Shown: positions 50,101 through 60,722 of the stretch, in pieces | Position numbering within the stretch: position 1 is the first letter of the stretch | Layout: each line of letters opens with the position of its first letter | Source of the DNA: Parcubacteria group bacterium | GTDB lineage: Bacteria; Patescibacteriota; Minisyncoccia; Phycocordibacterales; WO2-35-19 | Reading direction: 5' to 3' | Assembly: GCA_012514175.1 (NCBI GenBank) | Contig: JAAZAU010000012.1 | Coordinates: 3,479-67,478 of the forward strand | DNA length: 64,000 bases | The notes under the pieces: generated by a model | What the model saw: the letters and a program-made list of their open reading frames with translations, nothing else | Databases searched by the model: none | Told to the model about the DNA's origin: nothing | Made by a program: the position numbers and the translations under genes

Positions 50101-50398
50101 TGGTAAAGCTCAAGGTGGAGGACAAAGATTTGGAGAAATGGAAGTTTGGGCACTCCTTGGTCATGGTGTTGCCTACACTTTGAGAGAAATGCTCACAGTG
50201 AAATCTGACGACATCATTGGTAGAAGCGCTACTTTTGACGCTATTGTTAAGGATGAAAGAATACGAGTAGAAAACTTGCCAGCCGCATTTAATGTATTAG
50301 TTAACAACCTAAGAGGCTTAGCTCTAAACATTGAATTGTTAAAAGATCAAACCCAAACCAATAAAAAATTAGAAGCAATTGAAAGTGATAATAACTAA
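47159..50398 (+). CDS. rpoB: RNA polymerase beta subunit
   Basis: [49 protein letters not shown]. Confidence 0.98.
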   Translation: [1079 protein letters not shown]

Positions 50399-50402
50399 TA
50401 AA

Positions 50403-53400
50403 ATGAGTAACAAAAATATAAATCTAAATACAGATTTCGACATCGTTAGACTTTCCCTTGCTTCTCCGGAAATTATTGAGAGTTGGTCTCATGGCGAAGT
50501 CACCAAATCTGAAACCATAAACTACCGCACTCAAAGAAGTGAGCGTTATGGTCTTTTTGATGAGAAAATTTTCGGACCTGATAAAGATTATGAATGTTAT
50601 TGCGGTAAATACAAAGGTATTAGATACAAAGGTATCGTTTGTGAAAAATGTGGAGTAGAAATAACTCGTTCAATCGTTAGAAGAGAAAGAATGGGGCACA
50701 TAGAATTGGCTGCACCAGTTGCGCATATTTGGTTTTTAAAGAGTATGCCTTCACGTATTGCTTTACTTCTTGGTATTAGCTCAGTTGATGTAGAAAAAGT
50801 TATTTATTTTGCAGGTTATATCATTACCAAAGTCTCAGACGAAGAAAAACAAGGTATTTTGAAAGAACTTGATGCTGAATATAAATCAAGAGTAAAAAAT
50901 TTGACAGACGAAAAAGAAAAAGAAGAACTTAAGGAAAAATTACTTGCGAGAAAAAAAGAGATTGAAAGCATCGTAGAAGGCAGAGTTATTGATGAAGTTG
51001 CTTACCATAGTTATTCTATGAAATACGGCACATTCTTTGAAGCTAAAATAGGAGCTGAAGCTATCTATAACATATTCAAAACTATAGACTTACAGAAATT
51101 TGAAGAAAAAATAAAAGAAGAATTAGAAACTTCTAAATCAGCTGATTCAACCAAAATTGCTAAAAGATTAGCTTTGGTTCAATCTATAATCAGATCTGGC
51201 ATTAGACCTGAATGGATGTTTCTTACAAAGATACCAGTTATTCCTCCAGCTATGAGACCAATGGTGCCTCTTGAAGGCGGTAGATATGCTACTTCAGATG
51301 TAAACGATCTTTATCGTAGAGTTATCAACAGAAATAATCGCTTAAAAAAACTTTGCGAAATCAACGCGCCAGATGTCATTTTAAGAAACGAAAAGAGAAT
51401 TCTCCAAGAAGCGGTAGACGCTCTCATAGATAATTCTATAAGACATGGACAAAACCAAGGCGCTACTCAAGCTGGTAAATCCAGAGAGCTTAAATCACTC
51501 GCCGACAATCTTAAAGGTAAAAAAGGTCTCTTCCGTCAAAATCTTTTAGGTAAACGCGTAGACTATTCTGGACGAAGCGTTATTGTGGTCGGTCCAGACC
51601 TTAAATTGCACCAATGTGGTTTGCCAAAACATATGGCGTTAGAACTTTTCAAACCGTTTATCATTTCACAACTTTTGAAACAAGAGCTAGCTTATAACGT
51701 TCGTGGCGCTAGTCGTCTTATAGACGACAAGATACCAGAAGTTTGGGCAATTCTTGAAGAAGTTATTAAAGATAAATACGTCCTTCTCAATCGCGCTCCA
51801 ACCTTACACAAACTTGGTATCCAAGCTTTCCAACCGGTGCTGATTGAAGGTAACGCTATCCAAATCCACCCACTTGTATGTAATGCTTTTAACGCAGACT
51901 TTGACGGCGACCAAATGGCTGTTCACGTACCACTTTCACCTGAAGCTCAAATGGAAGCTCAAATGATTATGGCTTCAGATAAAAACATCTTGAAACCTGG
52001 ATCAGGTGAACCAACAATTTCTAACAAACTTCTAGATATAATTTTAGGTTGCTATTGGATGACCAAAGATGTTAGTGGAGAAAAAGGAGAGGGAATGATT
52101 TTCCCAAATCCAAATGCAGCTATTACCGCTCATGATTTTGATCTGATTGAATACAGAGCAAAAATAAAAGTTCTAGCTACTGATTCAGCTAAATATAAGG
52201 AATTTAAAGATCAGATGTTTGAAACTACCGTAGGCCGACTCTTGTTTAACTCAATATTACCGAATGATTATCCTTACATAAACGAAGAAATCACCGGTAA
52301 AAAAATGAAAATCTTAGTTGACAACCTTATCCGAAAATACGGAATAGAATCTATACCATCTATAATGGATAAAATAAAAGAGTTTGGATTTAAGTATGCT
52401 ACCATTGCCGGAATTACTTGGGGTATTGACGACATTAAAGTGCCAGAAAATAAAGATGAAATAATCAATAAAGCTAATGAAAAAGTTTCTTTGGTTCAAG
52501 AACAATACGATGCCGGATTACTCTCTTACAATGAGAAAAAAATAAAAAATATAGAAATCTGGAATAACACCAAAGACAGCATTGAAAAATCTCTTCAAGA
52601 ATCAATGGATAAAAGTGGTTCAGTCTACGATCTTGTAAAATCAGGCGCCAGAGGTTCTTTAAGTCAACTTACTCAAATGGCAGGTATGAAAGGTCTTATT
52701 GTGAACACCGCTGGGGAAACTATTGATTTCCCAGTCGTATCTTCAAACAAAGAAGGTTTAACACCAATTGAATACTTCATTACTACTCACGGCGCCAGAA
52801 AAGGTCTTGCCGACACTGCGCTCAACACTTCTAAAGCCGGTTACTTAACAAGAAAACTTTTTGATGTTTCTCAAGATTGTCTTGTGACCGAAGAAAATTG
52901 TGGTAGCAAAGAAGGTGTTATGCTTTCTAAAATAACTTCTTCCGGTATGGAAGTCTCCATTGCAAAAATTGCTAAAGGTAGATTTTTAGCTGAAGATGTT
53001 AAAGATAAAGAAGGTAATATTCTCTTCAAAAGAAATCACTTTTTGACAGGTGAAGATGCTGCCAAAATAGAAGACGCGGGTATTACAGACATTATGGTCA
53101 GGTCACCTTTAACTTGTAAAACTTTGGATGGAGTTTGTGTCCATTGTTATGGTTCCGATTTGGGTAAAGACAAAAAAGTGGAACTTGGTGAAGCGGTCGG
53201 CACTATTGCCGCTCAAGCCATTGGTGAACCTGGTACTCAACTCACGATGAGAACTTTCCACGCTGGAGGTACTGCATCTGTTGGTGGTGACATCACCCGA
53301 GGTTTACCAAGAGTTGAAGAAGTTTTTGAAAACAGAACCCCTAAAAATCCAGCTGTTATTTGTAAAGTAGATGGTGTTGTTAGTGAAATAAAGAGTGAAG

Positions 53401-54059
53401 GTAAAGATAAAATTATAATTGTTTTACCAGAAGATGGTGAAAAATCTAAAACCAAATCAAACACTGACTACGTAGCCAACTACAACAGAATGATTACTGT
53501 AAAAGTTGGAGACAAAGTTTCTAAAGGTGATTTACTGACTGATGGTTCCGTAGATTTAAATGAATATTTCAGATACGCAGGCAAAGAAAAGACTCAAAAT
53601 TATATCATTCACGAAATTACCAAGATTTACGAATTGCAAGGCGAACCGGTTTCTCGAAAACACATTGAGGTTATTATTAAACAAATGTTTTCAAGGAGAA
53701 AAATTAAATCAGCTGGTGATACTAAGTTTTCTCAAGGAGATATTGTATCTCAAAGCGATCTTTTTGTTGAAAATGAGAAAGTTAAAAATGCTGGAAAAGA
53801 AGAGGCCAAAGCAGAACCATTGCTTATCGGCATTACTGGCGTTTCGTTATCTAGAAAAAGTTTTCTTTCTTCCGCTTCGTTCCAACACACTACCCGAATG
53901 CTTATCCAGAGCGCTCTAAGTGGCACCGAAGATGAACTCAAGGGTCTCAAAGAAAATGTCATTATTGGTAGACTTATTCCAGCTGGCTCAGGATTCTCTG
54001 GTAGCGAAAAATACAAGATGATCAAAGATCTTCAAGAAAAATTGGATGCTCAAAGTTAA
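50403..54059 (+). CDS. rpoC: RNA polymerase beta' subunit
   Basis: Zn finger CYCGKYK...CEKC, GKRVDYSGRS, NADFDGD, EPGTQLTMRTFH; ATG 50403. Confidence 0.98.
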   Translation: MSNKNINLNTDFDIVRLSLASPEIIESWSHGEVTKSETINYRTQRSERYGLFDEKIFGPDKDYECYCGKYKGIRYKGIVCEKCGVEITRSIVRRERMGHIELAAPVAHIWFLKSMPSRIALLLGISSVDVEKVIYFAGYIITKVSDEEKQGILKELDAEYKSRVKNLTDEKEKEELKEKLLARKKEIESIVEGRVIDEVAYHSYSMKYGTFFEAKIGAEAIYNIFKTIDLQKFEEKIKEELETSKSADSTKIAKRLALVQSIIRSGIRPEWMFLTKIPVIPPAMRPMVPLEGGRYATSDVNDLYRRVINRNNRLKKLCEINAPDVILRNEKRILQEAVDALIDNSIRHGQNQGATQAGKSRELKSLADNLKGKKGLFRQNLLGKRVDYSGRSVIVVGPDLKLHQCGLPKHMALELFKPFIISQLLKQELAYNVRGASRLIDDKIPEVWAILEEVIKDKYVLLNRAPTLHKLGIQAFQPVLIEGNAIQIHPLVCNAFNADFDGDQMAVHVPLSPEAQMEAQMIMASDKNILKPGSGEPTISNKLLDIILGCYWMTKDVSGEKGEGMIFPNPNAAITAHDFDLIEYRAKIKVLATDSAKYKEFKDQMFETTVGRLLFNSILPNDYPYINEEITGKKMKILVDNLIRKYGIESIPSIMDKIKEFGFKYATIAGITWGIDDIKVPENKDEIINKANEKVSLVQEQYDAGLLSYNEKKIKNIEIWNNTKDSIEKSLQESMDKSGSVYDLVKSGARGSLSQLTQMAGMKGLIVNTAGETIDFPVVSSNKEGLTPIEYFITTHGARKGLADTALNTSKAGYLTRKLFDVSQDCLVTEENCGSKEGVMLSKITSSGMEVSIAKIAKGRFLAEDVKDKEGNILFKRNHFLTGEDAAKIEDAGITDIMVRSPLTCKTLDGVCVHCYGSDLGKDKKVELGEAVGTIAAQAIGEPGTQLTMRTFHAGGTASVGGDITRGLPRVEEVFENRTPKNPAVICKVDGVVSEIKSEGKDKIIIVLPEDGEKSKTKSNTDYVANYNRMITVKVGDKVSKGDLLTDGSVDLNEYFRYAGKEKTQNYIIHEITKIYELQGEPVSRKHIEVIIKQMFSRRKIKSAGDTKFSQGDIVSQSDLFVENEKVKNAGKEEAKAEPLLIGITGVSLSRKSFLSSASFQHTTRMLIQSALSGTEDELKGLKENVIIGRLIPAGSGFSGSEKYKMIKDLQEKLDAQS

Positions 54060-54067
54060 AATAAAAT

Positions 54068-55618
54068 ATGTCTACAAACGTAGAACAAATAAAGGAACGT
54101 CTGAACATTGTTGATGTTATATCTTCTTATTTGAAAATAGAAAAAGCCGGCATAAATTATAAAGCCAGATGTCCCTTTCATAACGAAAAAACACCATCCT
54201 TTTTCATTTCTCCTCAAAGACAAAGTTTCTACTGTTTTGGTTGTGGTGAAAAAGGAGACATTTTTTCGTTTGTAGAAAAATTTGAAAATGTAGATTTTAA
54301 AGAAGCAATGAAAATTTTGGCTGAACGTGCCGGTATAGAACTTAAAGGTTTTAGAAAAGAAGAAAACAAAGACGAAAAAGAAGAGCTCTTAAAAGTAATG
54401 GAAGTAGCGACTAAGTTTTATGAAGAAGCTTTGGTAGAAAACAAAAACGCCTTACAGTACCTTAAAAATAGAGGTTTACTCCCAGACTCAATTTCCAAAT
54501 GGAGAATCGGTTTTGCCAAAGAAGGCTGGAGGAATCTGTATGATTTCCTGACTGAAAAAGGTTTTTCTCAAAAAACAATGTTAGAAGCGGGGCTCTTAAA
54601 AAAAACTGAGGGGAAAATGGGCTCCGAAGATGAGCGTTATTATGACACTTTCAGAAATCGCATTATGTTTCCGATTTTTGATAATAACGGTAAAGTAATC
54701 GCTTTTTCTGGTAGAGCAATGAGAGAAGATGAAAAAAACCCAAAATATTTAAACTCCCCTGAGACCAAACTTTTTTACAAATCAGAAACTCTTTACGGTT
54801 TTCATATTGCCAAAAACTATATTCGCAAAAATGATTACACAGTTTTAGTAGAAGGTCAGATGGATTTACTTATGTCACATCAAGTTGGCACATTAAACAC
54901 AGTTGCTTCATCGGGCACAGCTCTAACAGAACTGCATTTGAAAAAACTGCAAAAACTCTCTAATCGTATTATAATAGCCTATGATTCTGATGAGGCTGGA
55001 GAAAGCGCTGCCAGAAGAGCAGCCGAATTGGCTCTTTCTCTTGGTATGGAAGTTAAAACAACCTTTTTACCTAAAAATGAAGATCCAGACTCTATCATCA
55101 GAAAAAACCCTAGCGAATGGAAAGAGATTCTAAAAAACTCTGAATATTTTTTAGACGCCTTATTAAGCAAAGCGTTGCAAAAATACAAAGACAGAGCTTT
55201 GACAAAAGAAATAACAAACAACATTTTACCTTTAGTTTCTTTAATTAAAAATGAAATAGAAAAATCTCATTTTATAAAAAAGATAGCTCTAAAGATGCGG
55301 GTTACTGAAGACACAATATTAAAACAACTTGAAAAAATCAAAACTGACACCGCAAGAGTTAACTCCAATGAAGAAAATCAAAACCAAAAAGACCAAAAAG
55401 AAGAACTCCTGTTTGAAATAGAACGATACGGATTAAAAATAGATGTAGAGCAGGAAAACGCAGAAATATTAAAAAGGGATGAAATTAAAGAATTAAAGAA
55501 AAAACATCAAGAAATTGCGATCACTCTAGACGATAAAGATATTACCCAAGAAGACAGAAAAAACCTAGAAAATGATTTAAAAAATATTGAAAAACGTTTA
55601 AAAGAAATTAATAATTAA
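54068..55618 (+). CDS. dnaG: DNA primase
   Basis: [11 protein letters not shown]...[31 protein letters not shown]. Confidence 0.96.
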   Translation: MSTNVEQIKERLNIVDVISSYLKIEKAGINYKARCPFHNEKTPSFFISPQRQSFYCFGCGEKGDIFSFVEKFENVDFKEAMKILAERAGIELKGFRKEENKDEKEELLKVMEVATKFYEEALVENKNALQYLKNRGLLPDSISKWRIGFAKEGWRNLYDFLTEKGFSQKTMLEAGLLKKTEGKMGSEDERYYDTFRNRIMFPIFDNNGKVIAFSGRAMREDEKNPKYLNSPETKLFYKSETLYGFHIAKNYIRKNDYTVLVEGQMDLLMSHQVGTLNTVASSGTALTELHLKKLQKLSNRIIIAYDSDEAGESAARRAAELALSLGMEVKTTFLPKNEDPDSIIRKNPSEWKEILKNSEYFLDALLSKALQKYKDRALTKEITNNILPLVSLIKNEIEKSHFIKKIALKMRVTEDTILKQLEKIKTDTARVNSNEENQNQKDQKEELLFEIERYGLKIDVEQENAEILKRDEIKELKKKHQEIAITLDDKDITQEDRKNLENDLKNIEKRLKEINN

Positions 55619-55628
55619 ATTACTGGCA

Positions 55629-56840
55629 ATGAGCAAAAAAACTAACAAAACAAAATTTAAAAAACTCAAACAAACTCGCTTAAAAAAAGCGAAGAAAGTC
55701 AAACCTGCGCCAAAGCCAAAAAAGAAACCGATAAAAAAAACGGTTAAAAAAGCAATAAAGAAAACCAAAAAAACAAAATCGGAAGCCGAAAATAAAAAAA
55801 AGATTTTGATTACCAAAGGTAAAGAAAGAGGATTTATAACTTTTGACGAAATTCTGAAAGAATTTCCAACTATTGAAGATGATATTATGCTTCTTGAAGA
55901 AATTTATGAAGAATGTTCAACTGCTGGTATAGACATCTTGGAAGGGGGCAGACTTTTAGAAGAAGCTGTTGTTAGTAAAGATAAAGATCAGTTTAAGGAT
56001 GTTACTTCTTATGACTCTATCCAAATGTATCTTAAAGAGATAGGTCAACACCCTCTCATTACAGGCGCTCAAGAAAAAGAGCTCGCCAAAAGAATACTTA
56101 ATGGCGACGATGAGGCCAGAAATATTTTAGCTAAAGCTAACCTGCGTCTCGTAGTTTCTATCGCTAAAAAATATGCCAACCGTTCATCTGACTTAACACT
56201 TCTAGATCTCATTCAAGAAGGTAACTTGGGGCTCTTTAAAGCTGTTGACAAATTTGATTATACTAAAGGTTATAAATTCTCCACCTACGCCACTTGGTGG
56301 ATCAGGCAAGCTATTACCAGAGCCCTAGCGGATCAGTCACGCACTATTCGTGTGCCAGTGCATATGGTAGAAACCATAGCTAAATACAAGCAAGTAGTCA
56401 GAAGACTGAGCCAGGATTTAGGTCGCGACCCATTACCAGAAGAAATTGCGGTTGAAATGGGATTAGATTCTGACAAAATCTATATGATAGAAAAAATTGA
56501 TCAAGGAATAGTCTCTCTAGAAACTCCAGTGGGGGATGAAGATGATGGTAAATCAACTGTTAGTGATTTCGTAGCCGATGAAAAAATTATCGCCCCAGAT
56601 CAAGAATCAAATCGTCGCATTATTCGCGATCAACTTCAAGAAATATTGGCTGATCTACCAATCAAAGAAAAGAGAATAATTGAAATGAGAAATGGACTTT
56701 TAGATGGTGTTTATCACACACTAGAAGATGTGGGTAAGGAGTTTGGTGTCACCCGTGAACGTATCCGTCAAATTGAAGCCAAAGCTCTTGAAAAAATGCG
56801 TCAGCACGAAAAAATCAAACGCCTCCAGCATTTCTTTTAA
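55629..56840 (+). CDS. rpoD: Primary sigma factor with a Lys-rich N-terminal extension
   Basis: [44 protein letters not shown]. Confidence 0.96.
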   Translation: MSKKTNKTKFKKLKQTRLKKAKKVKPAPKPKKKPIKKTVKKAIKKTKKTKSEAENKKKILITKGKERGFITFDEILKEFPTIEDDIMLLEEIYEECSTAGIDILEGGRLLEEAVVSKDKDQFKDVTSYDSIQMYLKEIGQHPLITGAQEKELAKRILNGDDEARNILAKANLRLVVSIAKKYANRSSDLTLLDLIQEGNLGLFKAVDKFDYTKGYKFSTYATWWIRQAITRALADQSRTIRVPVHMVETIAKYKQVVRRLSQDLGRDPLPEEIAVEMGLDSDKIYMIEKIDQGIVSLETPVGDEDDGKSTVSDFVADEKIIAPDQESNRRIIRDQLQEILADLPIKEKRIIEMRNGLLDGVYHTLEDVGKEFGVTRERIRQIEAKALEKMRQHEKIKRLQHFF

Positions 56841-56920
56841 CCACATAAGAGAATATGAAGGAATACGAAAGCCAGAATAACAAGTTCTTATTCTTGTTGT
56901 TTTTATGCTAATCTTATTTT

Positions 56921-59887
56921 ATGAACGACAACCTTTTCGCGGAAAAATACAAAAAACTAAACGTAAAACAAAAAGAGGCGGTGGATGCTGTTGAAGGACC
57001 AGTTATGATAGTAGCCGGACCAGGCACAGGTAAAACCACGATTTTAACTCTCAGAATTGCCAATATTTTAAAAAAAACAGACACTCAACCAGAAAATATT
57101 CTAGCTTTAACTTTTACTAATTCTGGTGTAAACGCTATCAGAAAAAATCTTCTAGAATATATAGGCGACAGAGCTTATCGTATAAATATTTTTACCTTTC
57201 ACGCCTTTGCTGAACATATTATTAAAGAATTTGGATTCTATTTTAAAGAACTTGAGTTTTCAAAAGTTATAAGCGATTTAGAAAAAGTAGAAATTATTGA
57301 AGAAATTCTTACAAAAGGTCGTTTCAAAGAAATCGTTTCTAAAAGTGATTTATTTAGTTCACTTTCTCAAATTAAAAAAGCTATAAATAGGATAAAAAAA
57401 GAAGGTCTAAGCCCTCTAGAATTTAAAAACCGAATTCCTGAATGGGAAAAAGAACTTTGGTTGGATGAAAATCTTTTTTACAAAAGAAAGTTCGGTAAAT
57501 ACAATGAAGGTGATGTAAAACCAGCCGAAAAAGAAAAATTGGAGAAAAAAATTGCAAAAGCAGAAGAAATTGCCGAAGTTTTTGAAAAATATCAACAAGA
57601 AATAAAAGAGAGGGGATTTTATGATTTTGACGATATGATTTTAAATGTTTTAAAAGAATTAGAAAAAAACGAAAATTTGAAACTAGATCTTCAAGAACAA
57701 TATCAATATCTTTTGATTGACGAACACCAAGATACTAATGATGGTCAAAACCGATTGATTGAGCTTTTAACCGATGCGAAACATTTAAATCGCAGACCAA
57801 ATCTCTTTACAGTGGGTGACGAAAAGCAATCTATTTACCGATTTCAAGGCGCTAGTGAAAAAACTTTCCGACATTTTAACAAAATGTATGAAGATATAGA
57901 CTTAATAAACTTGGAAGACAATTACCGTTCTACCCAAAATATTTTAGACGCGGCACATAGCCTAATTTCTCACACCCTAAAAGATTCTGTAAAACTCAAG
58001 GCTTTTAATAAAAAAACGAATGACAAAATTAAATTTTTAGAATTTTCAAATTACAAGTTTGAACTACTTTATCTGGCTGAAGAAATACAAAACAAAATTA
58101 AAAAAGAAAATGTAAGTCCAGAAGAAATTGCGATAATTTACCGAAACAATAGGCAAATTGAAGAAATAAAAGACATCTTCAGTCAAAAAGGTTTACCTTT
58201 TACAATTGTTTCCAACGAATATTTGCTAGAGGATATAAATATTGTGAATCTAATTTCTATACTGAGAGTTATAAATAATCCTAAAGACAATCACAGTTTA
58301 GCTAAATCTCTCCTAGTAAACTTTTTAAATATAGATTCTTATTTAGTAACTGACATTTTGGAAAAATTTAACAAAGAAAACAGGAGAGAAAATAGAGCGC
58401 TGTTTGATTTTATTGCCGAACGAGAAGAATTTAAAGAATTTGCCAATAAAATAAAATCCCTAAAAACTAAATCTGCTAATACTAAATTTGATGGTTTCTT
58501 TAAAGAGTTTCTCAATGAAATTGGTTATATCAAACATATGCTTCAAAGCAAAAATAGCCGACACGAACTCATCAAAATAGACAAACTATTTGATGAAATA
58601 AAAAGACAAGTGCAAAATAAAAAGAATTACTCTTTGAGTGATTTTATTAAATTTATTGATGCTTATAAAAAATATAATTTAGACATTGAAACTAAAGATC
58701 CAGAAATAACTCAGGGTGTTCAACTTATGACCGCTCACCGATCCAAGGGTTTAGAGTTTGAATATGTTTATATTGTAGACACTGTCAGAAAAAGTTGGGA
58801 AAAAAGTAGAGGTTTTGGTGAAATAGCTTTACCAATTGATGACTACAAAGGCGACATCCATGACGAAAGAAGACTCTTTTACGTCTCAATGACTAGAGCT
58901 AAAAAAGGTCTTTTTATCAGTAGCTCACTCACCGACTGGGAAGGTAAAGAACAAGACAAAAGCCAATTTATTTCTGAAATTGCCGAGGAAACTCTGGAAA
59001 TTATAGATACTTATGAATTTGAAAAAGAGCACATCAATAGTTTAGCTTTATTTATCACTCACACCGATTCCAACAAAAGTCTTTTTGATAAAGAGTATCT
59101 AAAAAAACTTTTTCTTGAAAAAAACCTAAATGTTACCGCTCTTAACAATTATTTAGATTGCCCAATAAAATATCTTTTTAGAAATCTAATACAATTACCA
59201 AGTGACTATTCAGAAAGTCTCTTATTTGGAGATTTAATCCACGATAGTTTAGAAAAGTTTTTTGAAGAAAGCAAAAAAAACAAAAAACTTCTAACTAAAA
59301 ACTCTTTAATAAAAATTTTCAAAAATCTCATAGAAAAATCTTCATTTTACGGAAAAGAATACGAAAGATATCTAGAAAGAGGCACCGAAGCTCTTGAAGA
59401 ATATTATGATCAATACAATAAAGACTGGAGTTTAAATATAGAAAACGAAAAACATATCAACCGAGAATTTGAATTAGAAAACGGAGAAAAAATAAATATT
59501 AGTGGCCGATTAGATAAGATAGAGTTTTTAGATTCACCTTTAGAAGGTCGGATAAATATTATAGATTACAAAACTGGCAAACCTTTTAGTGACAAAACCA
59601 AAAAAGAAGAAAGAGAAAATTTGAAACGCCAATTAGTTTTCTACCATATTCTTTACGAAAATTATGCCGAAAATAAATTTTCAATCAACAAAGCCACTTT
59701 AGATTTCGTTGAGAAAAATAAAAAAGGGAATTTTGAACCTTACACCATAGAAGTATCAGCCGACGATATAAAAGAAGTAAAAAAAGAAATAAATAAAATA
59801 GTTAAAGAGGTGACAAGTGGAGAATTTTTAAAATTAGGTTGTAATAAAAAGAATTGCGAATATTGCGCTTTGAAAAAATCTTTATGA
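56921..59887 (+). CDS. UvrD/PcrA-family helicase fused to a PD-(D/E)xK nuclease (AddA/AdnA-like)
   Basis: AGPGTGKT, DEHQD, VGDEKQSIYRFQGA, NYRS, HRSKGLEF, RLFYVSMTRAK; GRLDKI...IIDYKTG; Cys cluster. Confidence 0.9.
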   Translation: MNDNLFAEKYKKLNVKQKEAVDAVEGPVMIVAGPGTGKTTILTLRIANILKKTDTQPENILALTFTNSGVNAIRKNLLEYIGDRAYRINIFTFHAFAEHIIKEFGFYFKELEFSKVISDLEKVEIIEEILTKGRFKEIVSKSDLFSSLSQIKKAINRIKKEGLSPLEFKNRIPEWEKELWLDENLFYKRKFGKYNEGDVKPAEKEKLEKKIAKAEEIAEVFEKYQQEIKERGFYDFDDMILNVLKELEKNENLKLDLQEQYQYLLIDEHQDTNDGQNRLIELLTDAKHLNRRPNLFTVGDEKQSIYRFQGASEKTFRHFNKMYEDIDLINLEDNYRSTQNILDAAHSLISHTLKDSVKLKAFNKKTNDKIKFLEFSNYKFELLYLAEEIQNKIKKENVSPEEIAIIYRNNRQIEEIKDIFSQKGLPFTIVSNEYLLEDINIVNLISILRVINNPKDNHSLAKSLLVNFLNIDSYLVTDILEKFNKENRRENRALFDFIAEREEFKEFANKIKSLKTKSANTKFDGFFKEFLNEIGYIKHMLQSKNSRHELIKIDKLFDEIKRQVQNKKNYSLSDFIKFIDAYKKYNLDIETKDPEITQGVQLMTAHRSKGLEFEYVYIVDTVRKSWEKSRGFGEIALPIDDYKGDIHDERRLFYVSMTRAKKGLFISSSLTDWEGKEQDKSQFISEIAEETLEIIDTYEFEKEHINSLALFITHTDSNKSLFDKEYLKKLFLEKNLNVTALNNYLDCPIKYLFRNLIQLPSDYSESLLFGDLIHDSLEKFFEESKKNKKLLTKNSLIKIFKNLIEKSSFYGKEYERYLERGTEALEEYYDQYNKDWSLNIENEKHINREFELENGEKINISGRLDKIEFLDSPLEGRINIIDYKTGKPFSDKTKKEERENLKRQLVFYHILYENYAENKFSINKATLDFVEKNKKGNFEPYTIEVSADDIKEVKKEINKIVKEVTSGEFLKLGCNKKNCEYCALKKSL

Positions 59888-59890
59888 GAT

Positions 59891-59922
59891 AACTAAAACT
59901 CCCCGGTTGGGGAGTTTTAGTT
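59891..59922. terminator. Bidirectional terminator
   Basis: aactaaaactcccc-ggtt-ggggagttttagtt. Confidence 0.8.
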
Positions 59923-59939
59923 GTTTAATTATTACGAAA

Positions 59940-60665
59940 CTAAGATTCCAGAATTATATCAATAAATTGTTTAACTTGAGTATAAGGATAAGCTCCTTCA
60001 AGAGGATAATGTTCTTCAGTTTTAGTATCAATAATCACACTGTATGGTGTTCCAAAAATACCTGCCGCCTGTGCGTTTTGAATATCAGTTGCTATTTTAG
60101 ACGCAAATTCGCCACTCTCCAAACAAGCATTAAACTCAGAAGAAGAGAGGCCTATCTCGGTAGCAATAACCGGAAGTTTGTTTAAATCTAAACCATCATT
60201 AGATTCGGTCATTTCATAAACTTTATTTATATATTCCCAAAATTTGCTGTTGCCACCCAATTTGGCAGCGCACTCTGTCGCCTCAGCTTCTTTAATGGAA
60301 TTAGCGTGCAGTTGTTCAATAGGGTAGTGTCTATAAACCCAAGCCACATCTCCACTACTGCCGTATTCCTGCATAATCGTATTCATAGTGACGTGAAAAG
60401 GTTTACAATAAGGACATTCTGTGTCAGAATATTCAACCACAATAATCCTAGCTTCAGGACTGCCTATGATATGATCGCTAGCGTCAATAGGTTTAATAGC
60501 GTTAGCGAGCTGTTTTGATTCCATCTGTTGTTTTTGAGAAGGAGTCGGATTGTTTGAAGTAATTTTACCGTTCATATATATACCGCCAGCAATCAAAAGA
60601 CCCGCCAAAACTATAGAAATTGGCAAAGACATTTTTTCGCCTAAACTTTTTTTATTTTCCTCCAT
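59940..60665 (-). CDS. DsbA/BdbD-like thiol-disulfide oxidoreductase
   Basis: TM anchor, EYSDTECPYC, RHYP, GTP cis-Pro motif. Confidence 0.9.
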   Translation of the reverse strand: MEENKKSLGEKMSLPISIVLAGLLIAGGIYMNGKITSNNPTPSQKQQMESKQLANAIKPIDASDHIIGSPEARIIVVEYSDTECPYCKPFHVTMNTIMQEYGSSGDVAWVYRHYPIEQLHANSIKEAEATECAAKLGGNSKFWEYINKVYEMTESNDGLDLNKLPVIATEIGLSSSEFNACLESGEFASKIATDIQNAQAAGIFGTPYSVIIDTKTEEHYPLEGAYPYTQVKQFIDIILES

Positions 60666-60722
60666 ATAATTTATCTTTTCAATTAATAATACTTAACCTT
60701 TAAATTGTAACACGATTTCTTT

